From IMG/VR virus record IMGVR_UViG_3300005532_000002: DNA of 59,884 nt. One strand, 5' to 3'. Both the position numbers and the translations under genes were made by a program. This document shows positions 52,272-59,884 of the stretch, one piece after another. Numbering within the stretch: position 1 is the stretch's first letter; every line of letters begins with the position of its first letter. The notes under the pieces were generated by a model. The model worked only from the letters and a program-made list of their open reading frames with translations, was not told the DNA's origin and did not search any database. This DNA is from a virus.

Positions 52272-53047
52272 AAGACGCGATCCTCGTGCGCAAGGCGCCG
52301 GCGCCGCCCGGCGCGCCGCACAAAGACATGCTATTGCCGGCCGACAGCCACGCCGCCGCGGCGCTCGCGGCGCTGCCGATCGCCGAGACGATCGCCGTCA
52401 AGGTGGTGCGTGAGCGCTCGCTGCCGATGCACCGCCTGTTCTTCGGCATTTTGCAGCATGTCGCCGAGAACTCGCGATTCGAGACGGCCGAGAGGCTGCT
52501 CGTCGCCCTGAAGATCCGACTTGGACGGTATGACCTCTGCCGCCTGCCGAACGGCCGCTGCGTGCCGGTGCCGCAGTCAATCAGCTTTGCGGCGATGGAT
52601 CAGACGGAATTCCGCCGCTTCTTCGACGACGCCGTGAAGTTGATCTGTGAGGAAGTGCTGGGCGGCATGGACAGCGCGCAGTTGATCCGTGACGTCGAGG
52701 CCATGCTCGGGCTGCCGCCGCTTCCCCAATCCGAACCGACGCCCGCGGCAGAGGGCGCCGGGACCGCGGCGCGCGGCCCTGAGCCTGTCGAAGGATCGCG
52801 CGGGGACCCCGGTGAGGACGTCGCAATCCCGATCTTTTCGTTCCGCGCCGGCGCTGGCCCGCGCGACAAGGCCAACGCCTTTCACTACTGGATCGAGGCG
52901 ATCGACAACCGCGCCGATCTGTTGCGCTTGCAGAACCGCAACGCCGCCGCGCTGGTCGAACTCGGCAAGAGCGCGCCGGCCGAATACGACGAGGTCATGG
53001 CCGCGTTCCGGGCACGGCATGTGGCGCTTGGGGGCGCGGCGGGATGA
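52268..53047 (+). CDS. Hypothetical early protein (possibly DUF1367-like)
   Basis: GTGA overlap with the erf stop. Confidence 0.5.
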   Translation: MKDAILVRKAPAPPGAPHKDMLLPADSHAAAALAALPIAETIAVKVVRERSLPMHRLFFGILQHVAENSRFETAERLLVALKIRLGRYDLCRLPNGRCVPVPQSISFAAMDQTEFRRFFDDAVKLICEEVLGGMDSAQLIRDVEAMLGLPPLPQSEPTPAAEGAGTAARGPEPVEGSRGDPGEDVAIPIFSFRAGAGPRDKANAFHYWIEAIDNRADLLRLQNRNAAALVELGKSAPAEYDEVMAAFRARHVALGGAAG

Positions 53048-53406
53048 CCGCGCCCGCTTGGACCCCAGGCCCGTGGGCCGTCACGGAGGAAAATCATCGT
53101 CTCTATGTGTCGCCCGTGCGGAGCTTTGATGGCGAGATCAGGGCGTGCAGCTATCCCCGGCTCGCCGATTTCCACGAGCCCAAAAGCGGCGCCGGGCGTG
53201 GAATGTCGCCGCGATGGCACGGCTTTGACGCGGAGACGCGGGCCAATGCCGCCCTGATCGCCGCCGCGCCGGAGCTGTATGCGGCGCTGGTTGCGGCCCG
53301 CGACATGCTCGCCGCGACTTGGTACGACAATGGCGAGACACTCGGTGGCCCGGATCTATTGGCCTGCCTCGATGCGGCGCTTGCCAAGGCCAGAGGCGAG
53401 CCATGA
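53044..53406 (+). CDS. Hypothetical protein
   Basis: ORF 53044..53406, NAALIAAAPELYAAL segment. Confidence 0.55.
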   Translation: MTAPAWTPGPWAVTEENHRLYVSPVRSFDGEIRACSYPRLADFHEPKSGAGRGMSPRWHGFDAETRANAALIAAAPELYAALVAARDMLAATWYDNGETLGGPDLLACLDAALAKARGEP

Positions 53407-53666
53407 CGACACGGGTCATCATCTGCCGTTGGTGCGGCACTGCGATCGAGCCCAATGCCGCACGATATCGGCTGTTCCAATCGCGCTCCACCAAGGCGGT
53501 CGGTCGCTGGATCGCGCATTCCCACCCCTCCTGCGGTCGCGAATTGCTGAAAGTGGTCGCGGCCATCCGTGGCGTGCCGAATGAGGCGCTCGGCGCGCAT
53601 TACGGCGATCCCTGCGCGGTTGTGACATTGCCGCCTCGCGGACATGTGCGCAGAGAGCCCGCATGA
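53403..53666 (+). CDS. Small Cys-containing protein
   Basis: Internal ATG (aa 29) in an ATGA overlap. Confidence 0.45.
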   Translation: MTTRVIICRWCGTAIEPNAARYRLFQSRSTKAVGRWIAHSHPSCGRELLKVVAAIRGVPNEALGAHYGDPCAVVTLPPRGHVRREPA

Positions 53667-54001
53667 CCGACCTGCAGCACTACGCCAAGGCGCGCCGCGG
53701 CTGCCTCGCCGTCGTCGAACGGCAACGCAACGCCGTATCCATATCGCCGCCGAGTTTCGCGAAATGGTCCGAATACTTGCCGGCCACGATCGTCTCGGTC
53801 ACCCGCGACGGCAGCGTGAAGCTCGTCAAGCTGTACAACGATATCCCGCTCAAGGCCGACCGCGTCGTTGGCTGGTCGGCGATCTGGGTAACGGACCTTC
53901 CGGCCGCGCCGATCATGGCGGCGCTCGGTAACGCATCGTGGAAGAGCCTCGACGAGGCGCGCGCGGCCATCGCCAAGGCGCGGGACGGAGCGGTGGCATG
54001 A
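53663..54001 (+). CDS. Hypothetical protein
   Basis: ORF 53663..54001. Confidence 0.5.
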   Translation: MTDLQHYAKARRGCLAVVERQRNAVSISPPSFAKWSEYLPATIVSVTRDGSVKLVKLYNDIPLKADRVVGWSAIWVTDLPAAPIMAALGNASWKSLDEARAAIAKARDGAVA

Positions 54002-54207
54002 CTCTCGACGAGGCCCGCGCACAAATCGGCAATGTCGTCGATTGGATCTATTCGCCCGAGAGCGGCCATAGCCGCCTCGCCACGATCGACGGCATCAGCA
54101 AGCGGACCGGCAAGGTCGTGATCTACACGCTATCAAGCATCCGCCGTGGCCGCTACACGCGGCGCCTGGTCGATGCCGGGGAATTGCGAGCGCGGCAGCG
54201 GGGCTAG
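53998..54207 (+). CDS. Hypothetical protein
   Basis: Internal ATG (aa 21) in an ATGA overlap. Confidence 0.45.
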   Translation: MTLDEARAQIGNVVDWIYSPESGHSRLATIDGISKRTGKVVIYTLSSIRRGRYTRRLVDAGELRARQRG

Positions 54208-55782
54208 ATGACAATGTCGTTCGACGCCACCCCGCAGTCGGTGAAGAGCGCGCTGGTCGCTGATCTGTTCTGCGGCGCCGGCGGCTCAAGTACGGGCGCC
54301 CGGCGGGCGCTTGCCCGTCTCGGATATCGGATGAATCTGGTGGCCGTGAATCATTGGCCCGTCGCGATCGAAACGCACCAACGAAACCATCCCGGCGCAC
54401 GCCACTTCTGCCAGGACGTCAACGCCGCAAAGCCGGCCGATCTGGTCCCGGAAGGCAAGCTCGATCTGCTGATGGCCTCGCCGACCTGCACCTTTCACTC
54501 TCGCGCCCGCGGCGCAAAGCCGATTAACGACCAGGGACGCATGGATCCCTGGGCGATCGTCCACTGGGCGACGGAACTCCGCGTCAAGCGCATCCTCGTC
54601 GAGAACGTCCCGGAGTTCGTCGAGTGGGGTCCGCTTGATCTGCGCACCGGCCGGCCGATCAAGCGGCGCAAGGGAGAATATTTCCGGGCTTGGCTCAAGG
54701 CGTTCGAAGCGATCGGCTTCCGCGCCGGATGGCGCATCCTGAATGCTGCCGACTTCGGCGACGCGACCACGCGCGAGCGTTTCTTTTTGATGGCGCGGTC
54801 CGACGGCCGCCGCATCCGCTGGCCGGAGCCGACGCACAGTCGCGACGGGATCGACCTTCTGGGGCAGCGCGTGCGCAAATGGCGCGCCGCTCGTGAGATC
54901 ATCGACTGGTCGGTCGAGGGCCGTTCGATCTTCGACCGCCGACGCCCGCTGGCGCCGAAGACCCTGGCGCGCATCTATGCCGGAGCGGTGAAATTCCGCT
55001 GGCCGGAGCCGTTCCTCGTCGTCCTGCGCCAACACATGGATGCGCAGAGCCTTGATGCGCCGCTGCCGACCGTGTGCGCCGGCGGGACGCATATCGGGCT
55101 CGCCGAGCCGTTCCTGCTGAACCGGCATGGCGACCACAATGGCGGCGCTCGCGTCCGCCCCCTCGAAGCCCCAATGACCACAGCGACCGGCAGCGGCGCC
55201 GGATACCTCGTCGAGCCGTTTATCCTGTCTCAGGCTTCCGGTGGGGCGCCGCGCGCCGTCGCAGAGCCGGTCCCGACGATCCCAACGGGCGGCGCACATG
55301 CTCTCATAGCACCCTATTACGGCTCGGGATCGGGCAAGAGCTGCCGCAATGCCGAATGCCCGCTGCCGACCGTGACGACACGCGATCGCTTCGGCCTCGT
55401 CATGCCGGTGACACACTGCGACGGCAGCAACCGGGCGCGCTCGGTCGATGACCCGCTCCCGATAGTGACGACCGCGGCGCGCGGCGAACTCGCCTTCATC
55501 ACCGCCGCGTTCGGCGCGCGGGTGCATGACATCGCCGAGCCGGCGCCGACGATCTGCGCCCAGGGGCGCATCCAGCTCGTCGATCCGGTGGCGGACCGCC
55601 GCCGCTACGATATCCGCTTCCGGATGCTCGAGCCGCGGGAATTGGCTCGGGCAATGGGATTCAAGGACGAAGAGACGGAATACGAATTCGTCGGCACGAA
55701 AACCGAGATCGTCAAGCAGATCGGCAATGCCGTTTGTGTTAATATTGCGGCAGCGCTGGTGACAGCTCTTTTTAAAACTTGA
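54208..55782 (+). CDS. DNA (cytosine-5)-methyltransferase, no cognate restriction enzyme seen
   Basis: Motif I DLFCGAGG, motif IV-like ASPTCTFHS, ENVPEF, motif X QIGNAV. Confidence 0.8.
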   Translation: MTMSFDATPQSVKSALVADLFCGAGGSSTGARRALARLGYRMNLVAVNHWPVAIETHQRNHPGARHFCQDVNAAKPADLVPEGKLDLLMASPTCTFHSRARGAKPINDQGRMDPWAIVHWATELRVKRILVENVPEFVEWGPLDLRTGRPIKRRKGEYFRAWLKAFEAIGFRAGWRILNAADFGDATTRERFFLMARSDGRRIRWPEPTHSRDGIDLLGQRVRKWRAAREIIDWSVEGRSIFDRRRPLAPKTLARIYAGAVKFRWPEPFLVVLRQHMDAQSLDAPLPTVCAGGTHIGLAEPFLLNRHGDHNGGARVRPLEAPMTTATGSGAGYLVEPFILSQASGGAPRAVAEPVPTIPTGGAHALIAPYYGSGSGKSCRNAECPLPTVTTRDRFGLVMPVTHCDGSNRARSVDDPLPIVTTAARGELAFITAAFGARVHDIAEPAPTICAQGRIQLVDPVADRRRYDIRFRMLEPRELARAMGFKDEETEYEFVGTKTEIVKQIGNAVCVNIAAALVTALFKT

Positions 55783-55800
55783 AGCATCGAGGAGCGCTGA

Positions 55801-56061
55801 GTGATGTCCGACATCGACGCCCAGATCGACATTGTCCGGCGCGGGATCGCGCAGATGGAAGAGGTGCGCCAGCAATTCGTGGATGCCGGCATAAGCACAG
55901 CCGGCGGCGACGAGGGCATCGCCGCCATGCGCGCCGTGCTGCGCACGCTGATGGCGGCGAAGGCGTGGGCCGCGGCGGCCGAGAGCATCGGCCTCGATCT
56001 GATCGACAATGACGACGATCTGATGGCGCTGTTCCGCGCCATCAAAGGGAGACCGAAATGA
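55801..56061 (+). CDS. Hypothetical protein
   Basis: ORF 55801..56061. Confidence 0.5.
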   Translation: MMSDIDAQIDIVRRGIAQMEEVRQQFVDAGISTAGGDEGIAAMRAVLRTLMAAKAWAAAAESIGLDLIDNDDDLMALFRAIKGRPK

Positions 56062-56675
56062 CCGACACCGACGAGGCCGCCGTCGAGCGGATGGCGCGGG
56101 CAATACCAATGATTCTGTTTTGTCCGGCCTGTGGATTACAGCACATCGATCAGGCGGAGCCGGAATGCGGATGGGATAACCCGCCGCACCGCTCGCATCT
56201 TTGTCGCGGGTGCGGACATATCTGGCGCCCAGCCGACATGGCGACGACGGGCGTCGAGAACATCAACACGGCTGGATCGTCGGACAGTCCTGCGATCCGC
56301 GGCCAAGCCCTCTGCGCCGGCCCACTGCCGCGCGCGGTGTTGCGGCGGGCTGTGGAAGAGATGCGACAGCCGAGTGCGGAGGTGATCGCGGCTGGGCGGA
56401 CTGAGATCAAGCCGGATCACTTGCCGGCCGACGATGGAGATGCCGCGCAATGCTGGCGCGCAATGATCGATGCCCGACTTGCCGAGTTGGCGTGCGAGGA
56501 GGCGGCGATGTCGCGTGACGATCCCCACGACAATTTCCCCGATGACGAGGATTGGTCAACCGACGATGAAAACCCCGGAGCCGAGTGCGGCCGATGGAGC
56601 AATGGACGACTCACGAAGTGGTGCGCTCTCGCCGGAACCGAGTTCTGCGATTTCGAGTGCCCCTACCGTGACTGA
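56058..56675 (+). CDS. Zinc-ribbon protein
   Basis: CPACG..CRGCG. Confidence 0.5.
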   Translation: MTDTDEAAVERMARAIPMILFCPACGLQHIDQAEPECGWDNPPHRSHLCRGCGHIWRPADMATTGVENINTAGSSDSPAIRGQALCAGPLPRAVLRRAVEEMRQPSAEVIAAGRTEIKPDHLPADDGDAAQCWRAMIDARLAELACEEAAMSRDDPHDNFPDDEDWSTDDENPGAECGRWSNGRLTKWCALAGTEFCDFECPYRD

Positions 56676-57252
56676 CCCGGTCCCGGACCCTGTCGCGCGG
56701 GCGACCACCATCTACGACCGCGCCATCGCCGCCTGCAATGCCGCCGGGACATGCAGCGAGCCGCATTACCGCGCCGCCATCATCCGCGAGATTGCCACGC
56801 TGCTCGCCGAGCACGAGCGCCGCGTGGCCGAGTTGCTGGCGCACAATACCGCCGGGGTCAAGCGCCGTCGCGCCGTCGAGGCTGAATTGGCGAAATGGCG
56901 TGATCTGTTCCCGTCGAACCCGGACGGGAGCCCGCAAACGTTGGATTATGCGCTGCATTACCACCGTGAACTATATCGGCGCCTGCGCGAGGTCGAAGCC
57001 GAGCGCGACCGGCTGCGCGACAGACTGCGCATCCCGGACGCGCCCCCAATCGACGGCAATTGCCGCGCCTACCTGGATCGCGATGGCCGGCCCTGGTGCT
57101 GGCCCACTGAGTACACGATCGAATGGTGGAACATGACCGGCTCGTTCGAGAACGCGCGCCAGTTCCGCGACACGCTGGCCGGGGTCCCGGAGCCGTCACG
57201 GCGTCTCAATCGCGCGCTGCTCGCACGATCCGAACAGAGGGACACGCCATGA
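56668..57252 (+). CDS. Hypothetical coiled-coil protein
   Basis: GTG (aa 67 of ORF 56470..57252) overlapping the upstream stop by 8 nt. Start uncertain. Confidence 0.4.
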   Translation: MTDPVPDPVARATTIYDRAIAACNAAGTCSEPHYRAAIIREIATLLAEHERRVAELLAHNTAGVKRRRAVEAELAKWRDLFPSNPDGSPQTLDYALHYHRELYRRLREVEAERDRLRDRLRIPDAPPIDGNCRAYLDRDGRPWCWPTEYTIEWWNMTGSFENARQFRDTLAGVPEPSRRLNRALLARSEQRDTP

Positions 57253-57473
57253 TCTGTCCGTCTTGTCACGGCCGCGGCGGCCGGCACGTGATCCGCGACG
57301 CTCCAGTGAACGGACATCCGACGAGGTTCGCGCAGTGGGTTCCGTGCGAAGCGTGCCTAGGCGGGATCGCGTCGTGCTGCGATATGGCTGGCGAAAGCGG
57401 TCCGTGCACGAATCCAGCGCCGCAGCAATTGGCTCTTGATCTGCGAACGAAGGACAGAAGCGATGTCTCGTGA
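57249..57473 (+). CDS. Small CxxCxGxG zinc-finger protein
   Basis: MICPSCHGRGGRH. ATGA overlap. Confidence 0.45.
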   Translation: MICPSCHGRGGRHVIRDAPVNGHPTRFAQWVPCEACLGGIASCCDMAGESGPCTNPAPQQLALDLRTKDRSDVS

Positions 57474-57732
57474 GGTCGCCGCGCTGCTGCGCCGCGCCCG
57501 TGAGCTGCAGGCTCTCCACGATGAGCCGGACCCGCTCGCGGCGCTCCGGGTCGCCGCTGAGGAGCGGCAGGCAAGTGACGAGTTGAAGATTGTCGCTCTC
57601 TTTGCGCTTCGGGGCACGCGACCTTACGAGATCCGAAGCCTCTCGGAATGGGCGCGCAAGCCCGGCCGCACGCTCGCCGAGGCGCTCGCGTTGCTCGACA
57701 AAGCGATTGCCGCGGAGGAAGGCAATGGCTGA
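57463..57732 (+). CDS. Hypothetical protein
   Basis: Internal ATG (aa 10 of ORF 57436..57732). Confidence 0.45.
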   Translation: MSREVAALLRRARELQALHDEPDPLAALRVAAEERQASDELKIVALFALRGTRPYEIRSLSEWARKPGRTLAEALALLDKAIAAEEGNG

Positions 57733-58033
57733 GTGTCCCGACTGCCGCGGCGACGGCACGTTCACAGCGCTTGTCCGAACGACGCGCGGGTGCCAGCGCG
57801 AGCTAATCCGCTGTGGTCGCTGCAAAGGCAGCGGGCAGATCGATTCGCAACAGGAAGAATGGATCAGGATCGGCGGCACGCACCGCACGTGGCGCGTCGC
57901 CCAGCACGAGTCGATCGGCGAGTGCGCCCGCCGGCTCGGGATCACCGGCGCCGAGTTGTCGGACATGGAGCATGGGCGCGCCGATCCGACGATGCTGATT
58001 GCCGATACGCCAGAGGTGCTGCGCGATGGCTGA
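57725..58033 (+). CDS. CxxCxGxG zinc-finger plus HTH protein
   Basis: MAECPDCRGDG..CGRCKGSG..ECARRLGITGAELSDMEHG. Confidence 0.5.
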   Translation: MAECPDCRGDGTFTALVRTTRGCQRELIRCGRCKGSGQIDSQQEEWIRIGGTHRTWRVAQHESIGECARRLGITGAELSDMEHGRADPTMLIADTPEVLRDG

Positions 58034-58541
58034 GCGCCTGCCGCCTGGCAACGCCGCTGTAACACTGCCCGCATGCACGATCTGGCAGCCTTGGGCAAGC
58101 CTGATCATCGAAGGGCTCAAGCCTTACGAGTTCCGCCAATGGCCGGCACCACGGTCGATGCGCGGCCGGCGCATTGCGATTCATGCTGGCGCGCGTTTAG
58201 TCAGGCGTGCGGAGGTTGCGGATCTGCTCGCTCGCCTGCGCAACGACGGCGAAGCATGGACGACGGGGCTCGTGGCCGAGCCGGCACTCGCCCTGTTGGA
58301 ACGCGTGCATCTTTCTCCCGGCATCCTGCCGCTGTCGTCCGTGCTCGGAACAGCCGTTCTCGGCACCCCGATCCGGGCGAGCGAGATCACCGACCTCGGA
58401 ACGCCGATCGCCGACTCCGACCGGATCGATCAGCACGTGCAGGCATGGCCGTTGCGGGATATCGAGCGGTTTGCCGTGCCTGTACCGGCTCGAGGCGCGC
58501 AGGGGTTTTGGCTTTGGCGATATGAGCGCGTCGATGCCTGA
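58026..58541 (+). CDS. ASCH-domain protein
   Basis: IWQPWASLIIEGLKPYEFRQW..RRIAIHAG. Confidence 0.6.
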   Translation: MAERLPPGNAAVTLPACTIWQPWASLIIEGLKPYEFRQWPAPRSMRGRRIAIHAGARLVRRAEVADLLARLRNDGEAWTTGLVAEPALALLERVHLSPGILPLSSVLGTAVLGTPIRASEITDLGTPIADSDRIDQHVQAWPLRDIERFAVPVPARGAQGFWLWRYERVDA

Positions 58542-58836
58542 ATTGATCCGGCCCGGCGTGGCGGCCGCGATTTGCGGGATCTCGACAAAGACGCTCGCCA
58601 AACTGGCGCGCGACGGCAAAATACCCGGAGCGGCCGAGTTGCTGCCGGGGCTGTGGCGGTTCGACGAGGCCGAGCTCAGGGCGTGGATCAGACGACGGAA
58701 GACGGCATGTCAAGAGAAGGAGTCCCCCACCTCTACAAACGGGGTCGGACCTATGCCTACCGGGTGCAAATTGACGGAAAGAACGTTACGCGAAGCCTAC
58801 GAACAGGCTCTAAGCCCGAAGCGCTCAAGAGGCTGA
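58522..58836 (+). CDS. xis: Excisionase/AlpA-like HTH protein
   Basis: ELIRPGVAAAICGISTKTLAKLARDGKIPGAAEL..WRFDEAELRAWI. The frame runs 130 nt into int. Confidence 0.55.
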   Translation: MSASMPELIRPGVAAAICGISTKTLAKLARDGKIPGAAELLPGLWRFDEAELRAWIRRRKTACQEKESPTSTNGVGPMPTGCKLTERTLREAYEQALSPKRSRG

Positions 58837-59750
58837 AGCAACTCGAGGCCGAGACGGAGCACCGCCGCTTTCATGGCGAGGCCCGGCATCGCTGGGAAGA
58901 GGCGGTCGTGTCCTGGCTCGCCGATGCCGTTGGGCAATATCGGCTGAAGACTTTGGAGCGGTACAAATTCTCGCTCGCCAAGGTGCGCGGTATCCTCGAC
59001 GGTCTCTATGTCGATCAGATCGACCTGCGCACGATCGCGAAGATTGCGCGGCGCCCGGGTGTGACGCATGCGACCCGCCGACGGGACATCACCGCCGTCT
59101 CGGCCGTCCTGCGCTGGTGCGTCGCGCAGGGGTGGCGGCAGGACAACCCCGCGCAGCTCTGGGACCGCACCACGATCCGCGAGACGCGCGAGCCGATCCG
59201 CCTTCCGGAGCCCTACGACATCGAATGCGCCATCGCCGCGGCGCCCCGAGCGATGGCTCCTCTGATCCGCTTCGCGCAGTATACCGGAATGCGCCAGGAG
59301 GAGATCGCGAGCCTCGAATGGCCGCAGATCGACAAGGCCGGCCGCACCGCCACCCTGACCCGCACGAAGAGCGGAAGGACCCGAGTCGTGACCCTCGACG
59401 AGCGGGCGGCCGTCGCACTTGCCGTCGCAGTTCGGCACGTCCGCTCGCCGGTCGTGTTCTGGCACGACGACGGACAGCGCTACCACAACCTCGCCAGCCA
59501 ATTCGGCGCCGTCATGCGCCGCGCGATTGCCTTGGCGAAGAAGGAGCGCCGCCCGATCCCACAGCGATTCCGCTTTCACGATCTGCGGCATTGGTACGCG
59601 GTGGACTATCTCCGCGCCGGCGGGAACATCTATAGGTTGTCGAAAACGCTCGGTCACACCTCGGTCAAAACGACCGAGATTTATCTCGACTTCCTGCCGC
59701 CGGAAGCGCAAGAGAGGGCGAAGTTTGGGGAGGGCCTGGCGTCGCAGTGA
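58707..59750 (+). CDS. int: Tyrosine recombinase / phage integrase
   Basis: Internal ATG (aa 46 of ORF 58572..59750). HDLRHWYAVDYL..LGHTSVKTTEIYLDF. Confidence 0.9.
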   Translation: MSREGVPHLYKRGRTYAYRVQIDGKNVTRSLRTGSKPEALKRLKQLEAETEHRRFHGEARHRWEEAVVSWLADAVGQYRLKTLERYKFSLAKVRGILDGLYVDQIDLRTIAKIARRPGVTHATRRRDITAVSAVLRWCVAQGWRQDNPAQLWDRTTIRETREPIRLPEPYDIECAIAAAPRAMAPLIRFAQYTGMRQEEIASLEWPQIDKAGRTATLTRTKSGRTRVVTLDERAAVALAVAVRHVRSPVVFWHDDGQRYHNLASQFGAVMRRAIALAKKERRPIPQRFRFHDLRHWYAVDYLRAGGNIYRLSKTLGHTSVKTTEIYLDFLPPEAQERAKFGEGLASQ

Positions 59751-59764
59751 CGCAAATCGCGAAC

Positions 59765-59884
59765 CCTCGCCCGTCGCAAATCACGTCGCATGAGTAGCGG
59801 TTTCCCGCAGAACGAACGGACAAGGCATTGAAATATAATGCTGGATGGGTGGCCGAGAGGTTTAAGGCACCGGTCTTGAAAACC
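59765..59884 (+). repeat. Right copy of the 120-bp direct repeat (attR core or terminal overlap)
   Basis: Identical to 1-120. Begins 15 nt after the int stop. Confidence 0.9.
59843..59884 (+). tRNA. 5' part of tRNA-Ser(UGA)-like gene, cut by the window end
   Basis: Same 42 nt as 79-120. Whether an intact 3' half follows cannot be seen. Confidence 0.55.

Larger units (their letters stand above)
1..59884. mobile_element. Temperate podovirus-like phage genome (prophage bounded by att repeats, or circular genome with terminal overlap)
   Basis: Integrase, Xis-like, repressor, replication, packaging, head, tail and lysis modules all lie between identical 120-bp terminal repeats. Confidence 0.85.

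Noticed and set aside
54286-56109. 607-aa minus-strand ORF.
   Set aside because: It is antisense to the C5-methyltransferase gene, which has all the canonical motifs.
58572-58706. N-terminal 45-aa extension of the integrase ORF.
   Set aside because: It is Arg/Ala-rich with no similarity to integrase N-termini. The conserved integrase sequence starts at the ATG at 58707.
1-59884. Diversity-generating retroelement, retron, or toxin-antitoxin and CRISPR-type defence loci.
   Set aside because: I recognised no reverse-transcriptase motif, no template/variable repeat pair near the tail genes, no cas genes, and no toxin-antitoxin pair in any frame.

Overview
The window is one complete temperate phage genome, high-GC and probably alphaproteobacterial (it encodes a GcrA-like regulator). 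A 59,764-bp unit is closed by a perfect 120-bp direct repeat (1-120 = 59765-59884). The repeat carries the first 42 nt of a tRNA-Ser(UGA)-like gene and lies next to a tyrosine integrase, so it is either attL/attR of a prophage or the overlap of a circular assembly containing attP. Layout: (i) 268-38480, minus strand, a long late operon with T7/BPP-1-like podovirus content (TerS, TerL, portal, scaffold, capsid, Bbp16-like cement protein, gp11/gp12-like tail tube, very large internal virion proteins, two beta-helix proteins, lysis genes). (ii) 38692-49274, minus strand, an early operon (primase, helicase, iteron origin, VRR-NUC, GcrA-like, DHH phosphoesterase). (iii) a divergent repressor switch at 49275-49363. 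(iv) 50209-59750, plus strand (Gp157-like, ERF, C5-methyltransferase, ASCH, Xis-like, integrase). The main oddities are a virion protein with three cell-wall enzyme domains, one of them bracketed by identical 21-bp repeats; three tandem gp11-like paralogs plus a distant fragment; three low-GC homing-type endonucleases; two plus-strand genes embedded antisense in the late operon; a 2104-aa polyvalent protein; and a 28-bp inverted repeat pair. Product calls come from motif recognition by eye. No database search was run. Hand-indexed motif coordinates may be off by 1-2 nt.
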